From positions 18,211-82,210 of the forward strand of contig JAZLJO010000005.1 in NCBI GenBank assembly GCA_045617905.1: DNA of 64,000 bases, read 5' to 3'. Both the position numbers and the translations under genes were made by a program. Each line of letters begins with the position of its first letter. Position 1 is the first letter of the stretch. A model generated the notes under the pieces. It was not told the origin of the DNA. It ran no database searches and saw only the letters and a program-made list of their open reading frames with translations. Shown piece after piece: positions 10,644 to 19,004 of this stretch. This stretch comes from Candidatus Enterousia sp. (GTDB lineage Bacteria; Pseudomonadota; Alphaproteobacteria; Rs-D84).

Positions 10644-12563
10644 TTATAATACGGTTATTTTTGTGTTTGGTGATATTGTTTTAAATATCTCTGTTACATT
10701 GATTTTACCCGGTGCATCGGCAAAGCATAAATCACGGAACACAACACGTAATGGTTTAATATTTGCAATTTCTTTGATAACAGATTCCGGTATATTTTGT
10801 TCAAAACATGCAACCAACGACGCATTATCAACATTAAAATATGTGATATTACCTGATTTTATATCACGCACATCCAAATCCAGTGTTAATCCCAAATCAA
10901 TCATAACCCCATATAATAAATCAAGCGGTGTGCGGTCTGATTTTATATTATCAACATTATCTAATAAACCCGTTTGGGTTGTGTTGGCGGGATTATAATA
11001 AACATCCTTCATATTGGTGTCATCCAATTTTAAAACCTTGAACCCAATATCCAAATCGGTCTTCCCGGTATCCGCAACAATTTTATCCCCAGCTCTTCTG
11101 ATTCTTTCTTTTGCTACCTCTGTAAGTTTATGTTCAACACCTAATTCATCACATAATGCTATGGCATTATTTATAGTATCTACTGTTGCACTTGTAGCTG
11201 TTCTTTTGTTTTTATCAAGATTTTCTGGCAATTGAATCATAATAAACCTTCTGTTTCCTCCATCTGTTGCATTTAGTCTAATAACAGCATCTGCAGTTGT
11301 AGAAGCCCCAGAAAAGAAATCCATAATCAATGCATCTGTTGTATTTGGTAACAAGTTTAATATAAACTTCAATAAAGAAATCGGTTTGGGATAATCAAAA
11401 ACTCTATTCACAAAATAATTTCCCAATTCTGCATTTGCAGACAAAACATCTCCCACTAAATCTGTTGGTATTATTTTTGTTGGTCTCAAACTAGTTTGTT
11501 GATATATTTTCTTATAGTATGGTATAAATGTAGCAGTCTTTATACACAAAAATACACCATTTTTTATTTCATTATCTAGATATTCTTGAGACCATTTAAA
11601 TTTACCAGATATAGTAAACTCATTTACTATGATTCCCCCTTGAATATTTAAATTATCATGTAAAATTACATCTCCTATATTACCAGCAGGATACATGCCA
11701 TCTGGCAAATTAGATTTTACATAACTCTTTGGAAATGATAATTTTCTTACACTATTGTTATTTTGAGTAAGAGAAGCTTCACCTTGGGGATCTTGCAACC
11801 TTTCAACAAGCTCTGGAATATTGTCCAAATTTTTAGCATACATTAGAATGTATTCTGCATTTTTTCTCACTAATTTTGACATGTTTGAAGGTCTAAAAAT
11901 ACTCTCCCATGTAAAACATTCTACAAAATTACTTTCCCCAAACACCTCATCACAAATTTTTTTCAAATTTGCCTGTTCATTATCATCAATTGATATAAAT
12001 ATAACCCCATCATCGGATAATAAATCACGGGCAACCTTTAACCGTGGGTATATCATCGAACACCAATTGGAATGGTATCTGCCATTGGATTCATCGTTTT
12101 TGAATAATCGTTCATTGGTATCAATATCACATTGCCCCTTTTGTTCCATATAATCTTTTTGACACATTGAAAAATCATCACAATATACAAAATCATTACC
12201 TGTGTTATACGGGGGGTCAATATAAATCATTTTAACTTTACCCAGATATGATTCCTGTAATAATTTTAATACATCCAGGTTGTCACCTTCGATATACAAA
12301 TTCTTGGTTGTATCCCAATTTTTTGATTCCGCCATGCACGGTCTAAGTGTTTTTCTGATTGGACTGGCCGCCCCCATTATTGCATCACGTTTACCGATCC
12401 ATGTGAAATTATATGATTCATTACCATCAACTAAATCGGGGGCTAATTCTTCTTTTAATCGTTCAAAATCAATTTTATCACCTTGGACTGCGGCCGGGCA
12501 CAGTTCTGCGATTTTTTTTAATACATTGTCCATTGGACGTGATTCCATTTTCAATTTATCCAT
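10644..12563 (-). CDS. mod: Type III DNA adenine methyltransferase Mod (beta-class N6/N4 MTase)
   Basis: 639 aa. Catalytic IYIDPPYNTGNDF precedes SAM-binding MDFFSGASTTADA. N-terminus ...IDFERLKEEL...YNFTWIGKRDA is typical of Type III Mod. Confidence 0.9.
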   Translation of the reverse strand: MDKLKMESRPMDNVLKKIAELCPAAVQGDKIDFERLKEELAPDLVDGNESYNFTWIGKRDAIMGAASPIRKTLRPCMAESKNWDTTKNLYIEGDNLDVLKLLQESYLGKVKMIYIDPPYNTGNDFVYCDDFSMCQKDYMEQKGQCDIDTNERLFKNDESNGRYHSNWCSMIYPRLKVARDLLSDDGVIFISIDDNEQANLKKICDEVFGESNFVECFTWESIFRPSNMSKLVRKNAEYILMYAKNLDNIPELVERLQDPQGEASLTQNNNSVRKLSFPKSYVKSNLPDGMYPAGNIGDVILHDNLNIQGGIIVNEFTISGKFKWSQEYLDNEIKNGVFLCIKTATFIPYYKKIYQQTSLRPTKIIPTDLVGDVLSANAELGNYFVNRVFDYPKPISLLKFILNLLPNTTDALIMDFFSGASTTADAVIRLNATDGGNRRFIMIQLPENLDKNKRTATSATVDTINNAIALCDELGVEHKLTEVAKERIRRAGDKIVADTGKTDLDIGFKVLKLDDTNMKDVYYNPANTTQTGLLDNVDNIKSDRTPLDLLYGVMIDLGLTLDLDVRDIKSGNITYFNVDNASLVACFEQNIPESVIKEIANIKPLRVVFRDLCFADAPGKINVTEIFKTISPNTKITVL

Positions 12564-12747
12564 TGATTTTCCCCTTTAATTCGGTAATTTTGTGCTTGAT
12601 TTCAATTTGTTTATTTAATTGCGTTTCTGCACGCATTTTTGATATCAAATATGACGTAGTAATGGCCAGTTTAGACTTCTTTTGAATCTGCTTTTCTAAA
12701 TCATCCCGTAATACAGATGTTATATTATCAAACGTTTTTACCGCCAT
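12556..12747 (-). CDS. Small (63 aa) predicted coiled-coil protein, translationally coupled to mod
   Basis: ATG at 12747 is preceded by GGTGGGG. The stop overlaps the mod start by 8 nt. Charged helical sequence MAVKTFDNITSVLRDDLEKQIQKK... The longer 99-aa ORF-track version looks like an upstream over-extension. Confidence 0.4.
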   Translation of the reverse strand: MAVKTFDNITSVLRDDLEKQIQKKSKLAITTSYLISKMRAETQLNKQIEIKHKITELKGKING

Positions 12748-13083
12748 TGTCCCCACCAAAAATAAACTTTTAACGAACGTTAGATTTTTATATCTGTATT
12801 GCAATGGCCCCCGTTCTGCAACGGGGGGACGGTGGGGCTGCAATATCGTTGTCAAAACTGCAAAAACACCGGTAATTTACATGTTGTTTATTGTTTTTAT
12901 TGATAAAACACCGTTGGCATGTTATAAATAAATTCGAATAAATAATAATCGTTGGTTAGATTTTTACACAGTCAACCCAAAATAACATATTGTTTTTAAT
13001 ATGATTTATATGTTTCTTTTCTGAACATCAACAAAAACGTAAATAACATTAAAGATAACCACCCTGTGATAAAAATTAAGACC

Positions 13084-13117
13084 TTCAGTGATACACCTTT
13101 GACTGTGTATCACTGAA
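13084..13117. repeat. Perfect 13-bp inverted repeat (TTCAGTGATACAC-8 nt-GTGTATCACTGAA)
   Basis: Read directly from the sequence, about 65 bp past the recombinase stop. On the minus strand it is followed by ...TTAATTTTT, so it could be a terminator or a recombinase binding site. Confidence 0.5.
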
Positions 13118-13182
13118 AATATCGGTGAATATTTTATTCATTCCACCAACACACAAATTTATTGTTAATCGGTACAAACATA

Positions 13183-13788
13183 TCAAAATTTACGTTTTAA
13201 ATTTTTGATATGTTTGTTTAGTGTTGGAATACTTACTTTTAATTTCTTGGCTAATTTTATTTTACACACACCATTTGCCAATTGTTTATTGATAAATTTT
13301 GTTTTGCCGTCCAATTTATGTTTTTTATTTTTACTGCCGAATTTGCGTCCTAATTTTTGTCCCGCCGCACGTTTGGTAGCCAATGCATCTTTGGTTCGTT
13401 GGCAAATTAAATTGCGTTCAATTTCCGCCGACAATCCAAATGCAAACGCCAAAACCTTGGATTGTATATTATCCCCTAATTCATAGCCCTCTTTTACGGT
13501 GTATAATTTTGCCCCCACATTCATACAATATTCCAATATACGCATTATCATAAATAATTTACGTCCCAAACGGGACAATTCACTGCATATAATTACATCA
13601 CCGGATTTTAAATGCCGTAACACCCCACCCAGCGCACGTTGTTCCGGTTCACGGGTTCCAGATATCCCCGCATCTTCGATATACATATCAATATGTACAC
13701 CCAATGCGGCCGCACGGGTTTCAATGCCTATTTTTTGATTTTCACAATCCTGTTTGTCTGTTGAAACACGAATATATCCATATATCAT
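13183..13788 (-). CDS. Serine recombinase (resolvase/invertase family) with C-terminal HTH
   Basis: 201 aa. N-terminus MIYGYIRVSTDKQ (catalytic Ser), ...SELSRLGR..., C-terminal basic HTH-like tail. Confidence 0.9.
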   Translation of the reverse strand: MIYGYIRVSTDKQDCENQKIGIETRAAALGVHIDMYIEDAGISGTREPEQRALGGVLRHLKSGDVIICSELSRLGRKLFMIMRILEYCMNVGAKLYTVKEGYELGDNIQSKVLAFAFGLSAEIERNLICQRTKDALATKRAAGQKLGRKFGSKNKKHKLDGKTKFINKQLANGVCKIKLAKKLKVSIPTLNKHIKNLKRKF

Positions 13789-13816
13789 ACTTTTTCCTTT
13801 GGTTTATGTAAATGCA

Positions 13817-13830
13817 ACGAATATATTCGT
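13817..13830. promoter_or_regulatory. 14-bp perfect palindrome ACGAATATATTCGT upstream of the recombinase
   Basis: Lies about 30 bp upstream of the recombinase ATG. It is operator-like, and the function is not established. Confidence 0.3.
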
Positions 13831-13853
13831 AAATAAAATTTTATTAACAAAAA

Positions 13854-13871
13854 CCCCGAAAACATTCGGGG
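13854..13871 (-). terminator. Rho-independent terminator of the lipoprotein gene
   Basis: CCCCGAA-aaca-TTCGGGG followed by a T-run on the minus strand. Confidence 0.7.
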
Positions 13872-13901
13872 TTTGACAGTCATACAATTTTTATTATCAA
13901 A

Positions 13902-14441
13902 TTACATATCTTGACCAATACGGCCCCATGCGGCCTTTACACCACCATCACGTTCCAAATATATCTTAGAATCATTTAATTGCTGGGCGGTTACGCCATG
14001 TAAAACAAATGTTTCTTCCAATCTGCCCTGTTTTGAAATACGCAATTTTGGCATATTTGATACGATATTTTTATCGCTGCAACACATTCCTGTATCACAT
14101 GCATTACATGGGTGGATACGAACGGTATATTTAACACCTGGACGCAAATCTTTTAAATCTACCGTCATTTTTAACCCTGCATCGGTTTCATTAAATGAAA
14201 TATACCCCATCTTAGATTCTTCACCTTGGCCATTACGCGTGAACATTTTTGCCCCAACCTTTGTAACATCTGCATTTTCATATGTCTGATAATAAACAAC
14301 ACTTTCTGTACGTTGCATTTCACGGTGTGGACGTGAATGTTTTTTCTGGTCTTGATAACCGCATGTATTACATCCGGCCAACAAAACGGCAACACCAAAT
14401 ACAGACATTGCCATCATTAATTTTTTAATTGTTTTTTGCAT
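13902..14441 (-). CDS. Lipoprotein with degenerate Cu/Zn-SOD (SodC)-like domain
   Basis: Lipobox LLAGC. LRPGVKYTVRIHPCNAC resembles the SodC L.PG.HGFHIHE.G.C block and the C-terminal DGGVKAAWGRIG resembles GGaRiACGvI. Most metal-ligand His residues are absent. Confidence 0.5.
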   Translation of the reverse strand: MQKTIKKLMMAMSVFGVAVLLAGCNTCGYQDQKKHSRPHREMQRTESVVYYQTYENADVTKVGAKMFTRNGQGEESKMGYISFNETDAGLKMTVDLKDLRPGVKYTVRIHPCNACDTGMCCSDKNIVSNMPKLRISKQGRLEETFVLHGVTAQQLNDSKIYLERDGGVKAAWGRIGQDM

Positions 14442-14528
14442 GTATTTCTCCTTTTGTTTTTTGGGTTACAAATTGTATTTTATAATAATAAAAATCGTAT
14501 TTCGTTAGGTTTGATTGCCTAAAAAAAA

Positions 14529-14547
14529 TTGCACGATTTCCGTGCAA
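14529..14547. terminator. Bidirectional hairpin terminator
   Basis: TTGCACG-atttc-CGTGCAA flanked by an A8 run and a T6 run, downstream of the OMP gene stop. Confidence 0.7.
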
Positions 14548-14607
14548 TTTTTTCTGAAACACAAGACAACAAAATTGTGTATTTTGTTCATCAAAATACA
14601 CCCGGGC

Positions 14608-15207
14608 TTAGAACATAAATCTGATGCCAATATCACCACCAAAATTATGCAACCCAGAACGAACATCGATATAGTTATAACGGGCCGCCAAATCAACCGC
14701 GAAACGTTCCATATCAAATGTTACACCCATTGATCCCATTGCAGAAAATTTTGTTTTACTGTCACTGCTGTCACCACTGCGTTCAACATCTGTAAATGCC
14801 ATACCAATACCGGCACCTGCAAATGGACGAATTATTTTCCAATCACCCAATTCCCAATAATTGTTCCATAACAACGTTTGTGTTTTCGCACTAACATCTA
14901 CATTTGATATATCACCAAAATCGGCACTGTCTTTAACTTTGCCATAATATGACCATTCAATTTCAGAACGAACTTTATCACAAACCTCTAAACCGGCGGC
15001 AACACGTCCATCAAAAACGGTATCGGTTATTGATTCTTTGCTGCCATTAAATGAATAATTCAAATTGGTATATCCAATACCGCCACGTAAACCAATATAT
15101 GGATCCATTCCCCACATTTGCCATGTGCCTTGATCTGCACGATGCATTCCCGCAAATGCTGGGCACGCCATCAAAACAGCCAATGTTGAAACCATTACTT
15201 TTTTCAT
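14608..15207 (-). CDS. Small outer-membrane beta-barrel protein (Omp25/OmpA-like porin family)
   Basis: Signal peptide MKKVMVSTLAVLMACPAFA, alternating amphipathic strands, C-terminal ...GIRFMF (terminal Phe). Confidence 0.75.
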   Translation of the reverse strand: MKKVMVSTLAVLMACPAFAGMHRADQGTWQMWGMDPYIGLRGGIGYTNLNYSFNGSKESITDTVFDGRVAAGLEVCDKVRSEIEWSYYGKVKDSADFGDISNVDVSAKTQTLLWNNYWELGDWKIIRPFAGAGIGMAFTDVERSGDSSDSKTKFSAMGSMGVTFDMERFAVDLAARYNYIDVRSGLHNFGGDIGIRFMF

Positions 15208-15385
15208 TATTTTCTCCTTTGTTGTATTTTGTTCTGATATAAAACTTTCATATCAACATGGTAATTTTATCAAAGTAATTTTCATGTTTGCATAGGTATG
15301 GATTCTTGATATTTTATCCAAATCGGTAATAAATTCTTGCAAAAACAATAAAAACATATATAATCAGGGATAAACTGATTGTTTT

Positions 15386-15461
15386 GGATGCGTAGCTCAG
15401 TTGGTAGAGCAACTGACTCTTAATCAGTGGGTCCAGGGTTCGAGTCCCTGCGCGTCCACCA
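15386..15461 (+). tRNA. tRNA-Lys (CTT)
   Basis: GGATGCGTAGCTCAGTTGGTAGAGCAACTGACTCTTAATCAGTGGGTCCAGGGTTCGAGTCCCTGCGCGTCCACCA folds as a cloverleaf with anticodon loop CTCTTAA. Confidence 0.9.
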
Positions 15462-15468
15462 AAAAATT

Positions 15469-15494
15469 TCCCTTAGGTTCTAAGGGATTTTTTT
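15469..15494 (+). terminator. Terminator after tRNA-Lys
   Basis: TCCCTTAG-gtt-CTAAGGGA followed by T7. Confidence 0.75.
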
Positions 15495-15600
15495 ATATTT
15501 CAAAGGGATAAGAACCCGAAGAAAGGGTTCGAACCACAGCAAAAAGGCAGATGTTAATATGCCGGTTGCCGTATGGCAATTTTGCAAGGTCGGTTTTACC

Positions 15601-15623
15601 AGTCCCTGCGCGTTCACCAAAAA
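15601..15623 (+). repeat. Direct repeat of the tRNA-Lys 3' end (att-like scar)
   Basis: AGTCCCTGCGCGTTCACCAAAAA vs the tRNA copy AGTCCCTGCGCGTCCACCAAAAA at 15443-15465 (22/23 identical). Confidence 0.7.
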
Positions 15624-15628
15624 TAAAA

Positions 15629-15652
15629 ATCACCAACCATGGTGATTTTTTT
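15629..15652. terminator. Bidirectional hairpin terminator
   Basis: ATCACCA-acca-TGGTGAT with T6 downstream and an A-rich tract upstream. It sits just past the stop of the M23 peptidase gene. Confidence 0.7.
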
Positions 15653-15671
15653 ATGTTTGTAATGCAGTTTA

Positions 15672-17303
15672 CTATTTCTTTAAATATGCCGTTGGGTTAT
15701 ATGCCTTGGTCCCTTTGCGTATTTCAAAATGTAACTGTGGTTTTTCAACCTTACCCGTTTGACCAACTGTTCCTATTTGCCCACCAACAGATACGCGACT
15801 GCCACGACGAACATACATTGAATCCATATGTGCATATACCGTCATCCAACCACCCGCATGTTGAATAATTATTAAATTCCCCATTCCCTTTACCTCATTG
15901 CCGGCATACGCAACAACACCATTTTCCGCCGCCCGAACAATCGTACCACGATTTGCACCAATATTAATACCATCATTAAATAAACCACCTGATTTTGCAC
16001 CGTAATTAGACAAAATCGTTCCACGCACCGGCCATGAAAATTTTGACGATGAACGTGCCGTAATTTGTGGTAATTTCGTATTCGGATTTGATGAAATCTT
16101 TTTCTGTTCCGTCTTGGTTACAGATGCATTTTTTACATCTGTTTTTTTGGTTTCTGCTTTACTTTCAGCTTTTATTCCTACGTTTTTTTGTGTTGTTTGT
16201 GTTTTTGCATTATTTTTCGTCTGTGTTTTTACATCCTTTTTCGTCACAGGTTGGACCGCAACAGGTGATGTTTTTTCTGTTTTTTTAGATATTTCTTCTT
16301 GCTTTTTTTGTATATCTTGTCCACCTACAACTGGTGCCGATTGCAAATCTGGAACCTTTAACTTTTGTCCAACAGATAATGTAAATGGTTGACTTAATTT
16401 ATTCATAACCGCCAAATCATTTACAGGCACAGAATATTTACGTGATACTGAATATAACGTATCCCCAGGGGCAACAGTAATTTCACGCAAATTAACACGC
16501 GTTGTCGTCTGAACCAATGGTTGTTTTTCTTGTTTAATCGTTGGTTGTTCAACCTTTGGTTCAACCATTTTCTGTTTTACATTTTGTAAATTTTGTTGTT
16601 GTGCAGATATTGCATTAACCGTGTCTGATTTTACCATATCGGGTTTTAATTTTAACACCTGGCCAACACGTAATGCATACGGTGCTTTAATGTTATTTAT
16701 TTCGGCCAATTGTGCTGTTTTCATGTCATATTTACGGGCCAACGAATACATTGTATCCCCACGTACAACTGTAACGGTTGTTGGTATATCTGTATCAACA
16801 TGTACATGTTTATTCGGAATCATCAAATAATCATTTTCTGGAATTTTCGCAATATCAACTGCATCCGGTGCAATTGTTTCAGATATAACAACCGGTGTCA
16901 TTTCAGATTTCGTTTCATCCGTTTTAACGGGTGTCATTTGTATTTTATTCTGTATTCCTGCCCCATAAACCATTGACATATCATACGATTGGGGTGGAAT
17001 AATATAATCATTTATACTGGCATACAAAACATAATCGTTGTATGTGCTGTCTGTACCATACAACTCTGGGGATGCATACATGCCATAGTCGGTCGCTGCT
17101 GAATTATATATTTCTGCCTCGGTATCTGGATCGGCCAACAATGCAGGATATCGCGTTGAAATAAAATCCCCCACAGAATCCGGCAAAGACACAATCTTTG
17201 GTTGCAAATCACATCCGGATATTGCAAAAACAATCGCAACAATGCCTGCAAAAAATCCTATTTTATTATTCACAATGGAAATTATATCATAAACACACAG
17301 CAA
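15672..17303 (-). CDS. LysM-domain M23 family metallopeptidase lipoprotein (NlpD-like)
   Basis: Lipobox AISGC. Two LysM-like repeats (VVRGDTMYSLARKY..., VAPGDTLYSVSRKY...). C-terminal M23 block GINIGANRGT...GNLIIIQHAGGWMTVYAHM. TTG start as given by the ORF track. Confidence 0.85.
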   Translation of the reverse strand: MLCVYDIISIVNNKIGFFAGIVAIVFAISGCDLQPKIVSLPDSVGDFISTRYPALLADPDTEAEIYNSAATDYGMYASPELYGTDSTYNDYVLYASINDYIIPPQSYDMSMVYGAGIQNKIQMTPVKTDETKSEMTPVVISETIAPDAVDIAKIPENDYLMIPNKHVHVDTDIPTTVTVVRGDTMYSLARKYDMKTAQLAEINNIKAPYALRVGQVLKLKPDMVKSDTVNAISAQQQNLQNVKQKMVEPKVEQPTIKQEKQPLVQTTTRVNLREITVAPGDTLYSVSRKYSVPVNDLAVMNKLSQPFTLSVGQKLKVPDLQSAPVVGGQDIQKKQEEISKKTEKTSPVAVQPVTKKDVKTQTKNNAKTQTTQKNVGIKAESKAETKKTDVKNASVTKTEQKKISSNPNTKLPQITARSSSKFSWPVRGTILSNYGAKSGGLFNDGINIGANRGTIVRAAENGVVAYAGNEVKGMGNLIIIQHAGGWMTVYAHMDSMYVRRGSRVSVGGQIGTVGQTGKVEKPQLHFEIRKGTKAYNPTAYLKK

Positions 17304-17323
17304 AATAAACAGTTTGTCCCGTA

Positions 17324-18043
17324 TTAATCTCTATTTTCTGTTTTACGCATGAATAAAATACTGGTTTCAAATAATGCCCACATCGGAATGGCCAATAACA
17401 TTTGTGAAACAATATCTGGCGGTGTCAAAATTGCCGCTGCAACAACAATTGCAACAATTGCATAACGTCGTGCCTGAATAACCCGCACGCGTGGTAAAAT
17501 ACCAATGTGATTCAACATAACCATTACCAGTGGTAACTGGAATGCAATACCAAAAACCTTCATCATATCAATTGAAAACGACAAATAATCACGTGCCGCC
17601 GGCATCAATACCGCCGGAACTGGGGCATGTGTATTTAAATCAATAAAAAATTCAAAAACCGTTGGAAATAAAACATAAAATGCAAATGCAGCCCCAAAAA
17701 CAAATAACAACGGTGAAAATATCATAATTGGCCAAATGAAACGCCGTTCATTTGCACGCAATCCGGGGGCAACAAACATCCATGCCTGTCCCAATCCAAA
17801 TGGGATGGTGGCCGCCAATGCAAACATTACAGATAACGACAAACGAATCATTAAACCATCTGATATTCCACTGTATAAAAATGTTCCATCCGGCCATACC
17901 CGCATTAATGGCGTTATCAACCATTCTTGGGCCTGGGGGGCCAAATACCAACCAATAAAAAACATACCGCCAAACACACAAAACGTCCACAATAAACGGC
18001 GACGAAATTCCGTAAAATGTTGCATCAGGGTCATTTCTTTCAT
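17324..18043 (-). CDS. tatC: Twin-arginine translocase subunit TatC
   Basis: 239 aa with 6 TM segments. Starts HFTEFRRRLLW and ends ...PPDIVSQMLLAIPMWALFE. Confidence 0.95.
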   Translation of the reverse strand: MKEMTLMQHFTEFRRRLLWTFCVFGGMFFIGWYLAPQAQEWLITPLMRVWPDGTFLYSGISDGLMIRLSLSVMFALAATIPFGLGQAWMFVAPGLRANERRFIWPIMIFSPLLFVFGAAFAFYVLFPTVFEFFIDLNTHAPVPAVLMPAARDYLSFSIDMMKVFGIAFQLPLVMVMLNHIGILPRVRVIQARRYAIVAIVVAAAILTPPDIVSQMLLAIPMWALFETSILFMRKTENRD

Positions 18044-18381
18044 TTGTTTTTTCCACCCTGTTGTTTTGATGTTTTATTTTTTGTTTTAGGCTGTATTTTT
18101 TTTCGCTTTCCTGTATTGGATTTACTAATTTGATTAATTGGTGTGGTAAAATCGGCCATTATGTCTGCAGTGGTTGTTCGTAACAATTCATCAATCGGTT
18201 GTTCCATATCTATGGTTTGTTTAATTTGTTCAGATGCATCTGTAATACGCCACATAATACCACGAACAAATTTTACAATACGCGCCAAAAAACGCACAAC
18301 ATCAGGCCACATTCGTGCAGGTATTACCAATGCAGCCACAATTAATATCACACAAAATTCAGCCCAACTGATTCCAAACAT
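18040..18381 (-). CDS. tatB: Twin-arginine translocase subunit TatB
   Basis: MFGISWAEFCVILIVAALVIP TM helix plus amphipathic helix. 4-nt overlap with tatC. Confidence 0.8.
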   Translation of the reverse strand: MFGISWAEFCVILIVAALVIPARMWPDVVRFLARIVKFVRGIMWRITDASEQIKQTIDMEQPIDELLRTTTADIMADFTTPINQISKSNTGKRKKIQPKTKNKTSKQQGGKNK

Positions 18382-18383
18382 TT

Positions 18384-19004
18384 TTATTCGTAAAACGAAT
18401 CGCCACCGGATGTACTAACCGTTTTATGTCTGCCTATCTGGAAATAATTTTTATCAAAACTTGTGCGCGGTTGTAAATTAACAAATTTTACATCTGTCTG
18501 TGCCCCCATAGCATCTATAACCGTCCATGAATTTAATTTCACAGGTTTTTTATCAAATACAACCATCATATTTCCCAACCCTTCTTGACCACGTAAATTC
18601 ATCATCAATGAAAATGTATTATTATCACTGGCCGTTTCAACAACATTAATATCTGCGTTTTTCAAATCGATATTTTTACGAACCAAAATACCGGCCGGTG
18701 TACTGGTCAAAGGAACTGTTGTTATTTGATCCAATGATCTATCAAAAAAATATAAATCTTTACCATCTGATATTAATTGAACCGGCATATCTTTGTAATC
18801 CAACCGAACACGCCCCGGACGTAACATTGCAAAATTGCCCTGTTGACGTTTACCAGATGCATATTGAATAAATTCCCCAGACAGTCCCGTTATAGAATTC
18901 AAATATTTTTCCGCAGACGAAACCAATGCATTATCAACCGCGGCATTACAATTTCCATATACACCAAATGCGATTAATGCAAAAATTAAATATAATTTTT
19001 TCAT
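18384..19004 (-). CDS. lolA: LolA-family outer-membrane lipoprotein carrier protein
   Basis: 206 aa with a signal peptide. LSGEFIQ...RPGRVRLDY pattern and the expected size. Confidence 0.7.
   Translation of the reverse strand: MKKLYLIFALIAFGVYGNCNAAVDNALVSSAEKYLNSITGLSGEFIQYASGKRQQGNFAMLRPGRVRLDYKDMPVQLISDGKDLYFFDRSLDQITTVPLTSTPAGILVRKNIDLKNADINVVETASDNNTFSLMMNLRGQEGLGNMMVVFDKKPVKLNSWTVIDAMGAQTDVKFVNLQPRTSFDKNYFQIGRHKTVSTSGGDSFYE

Noticed and set aside
10644-12563. Simple-sequence repeats in mod that would indicate a phasevarion.
   Set aside because: I saw no tetra-/pentanucleotide or long homopolymer tract in the mod ORF or its first 100 bp. Variation here seems to come from block replacement, not slippage.
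13141-13152. TCCACCAA match to the tRNA-Lys 3' end near the recombinase, considered as a distal att site that would define a 2.3-kb island.
   Set aside because: Only 8 bp match, which is expected by chance in 64 kb. Serine recombinases of this size also do not normally target tRNA 3' ends.
15519-15537. T-arm-like GGGTTCGAACC between the two tRNA-Lys 3'-end copies, considered as a possible extra tRNA or pseudo-tRNA.
   Set aside because: I could not build an acceptor stem, D-arm or anticodon arm around it. It is kept only as part of the att-scar observation.
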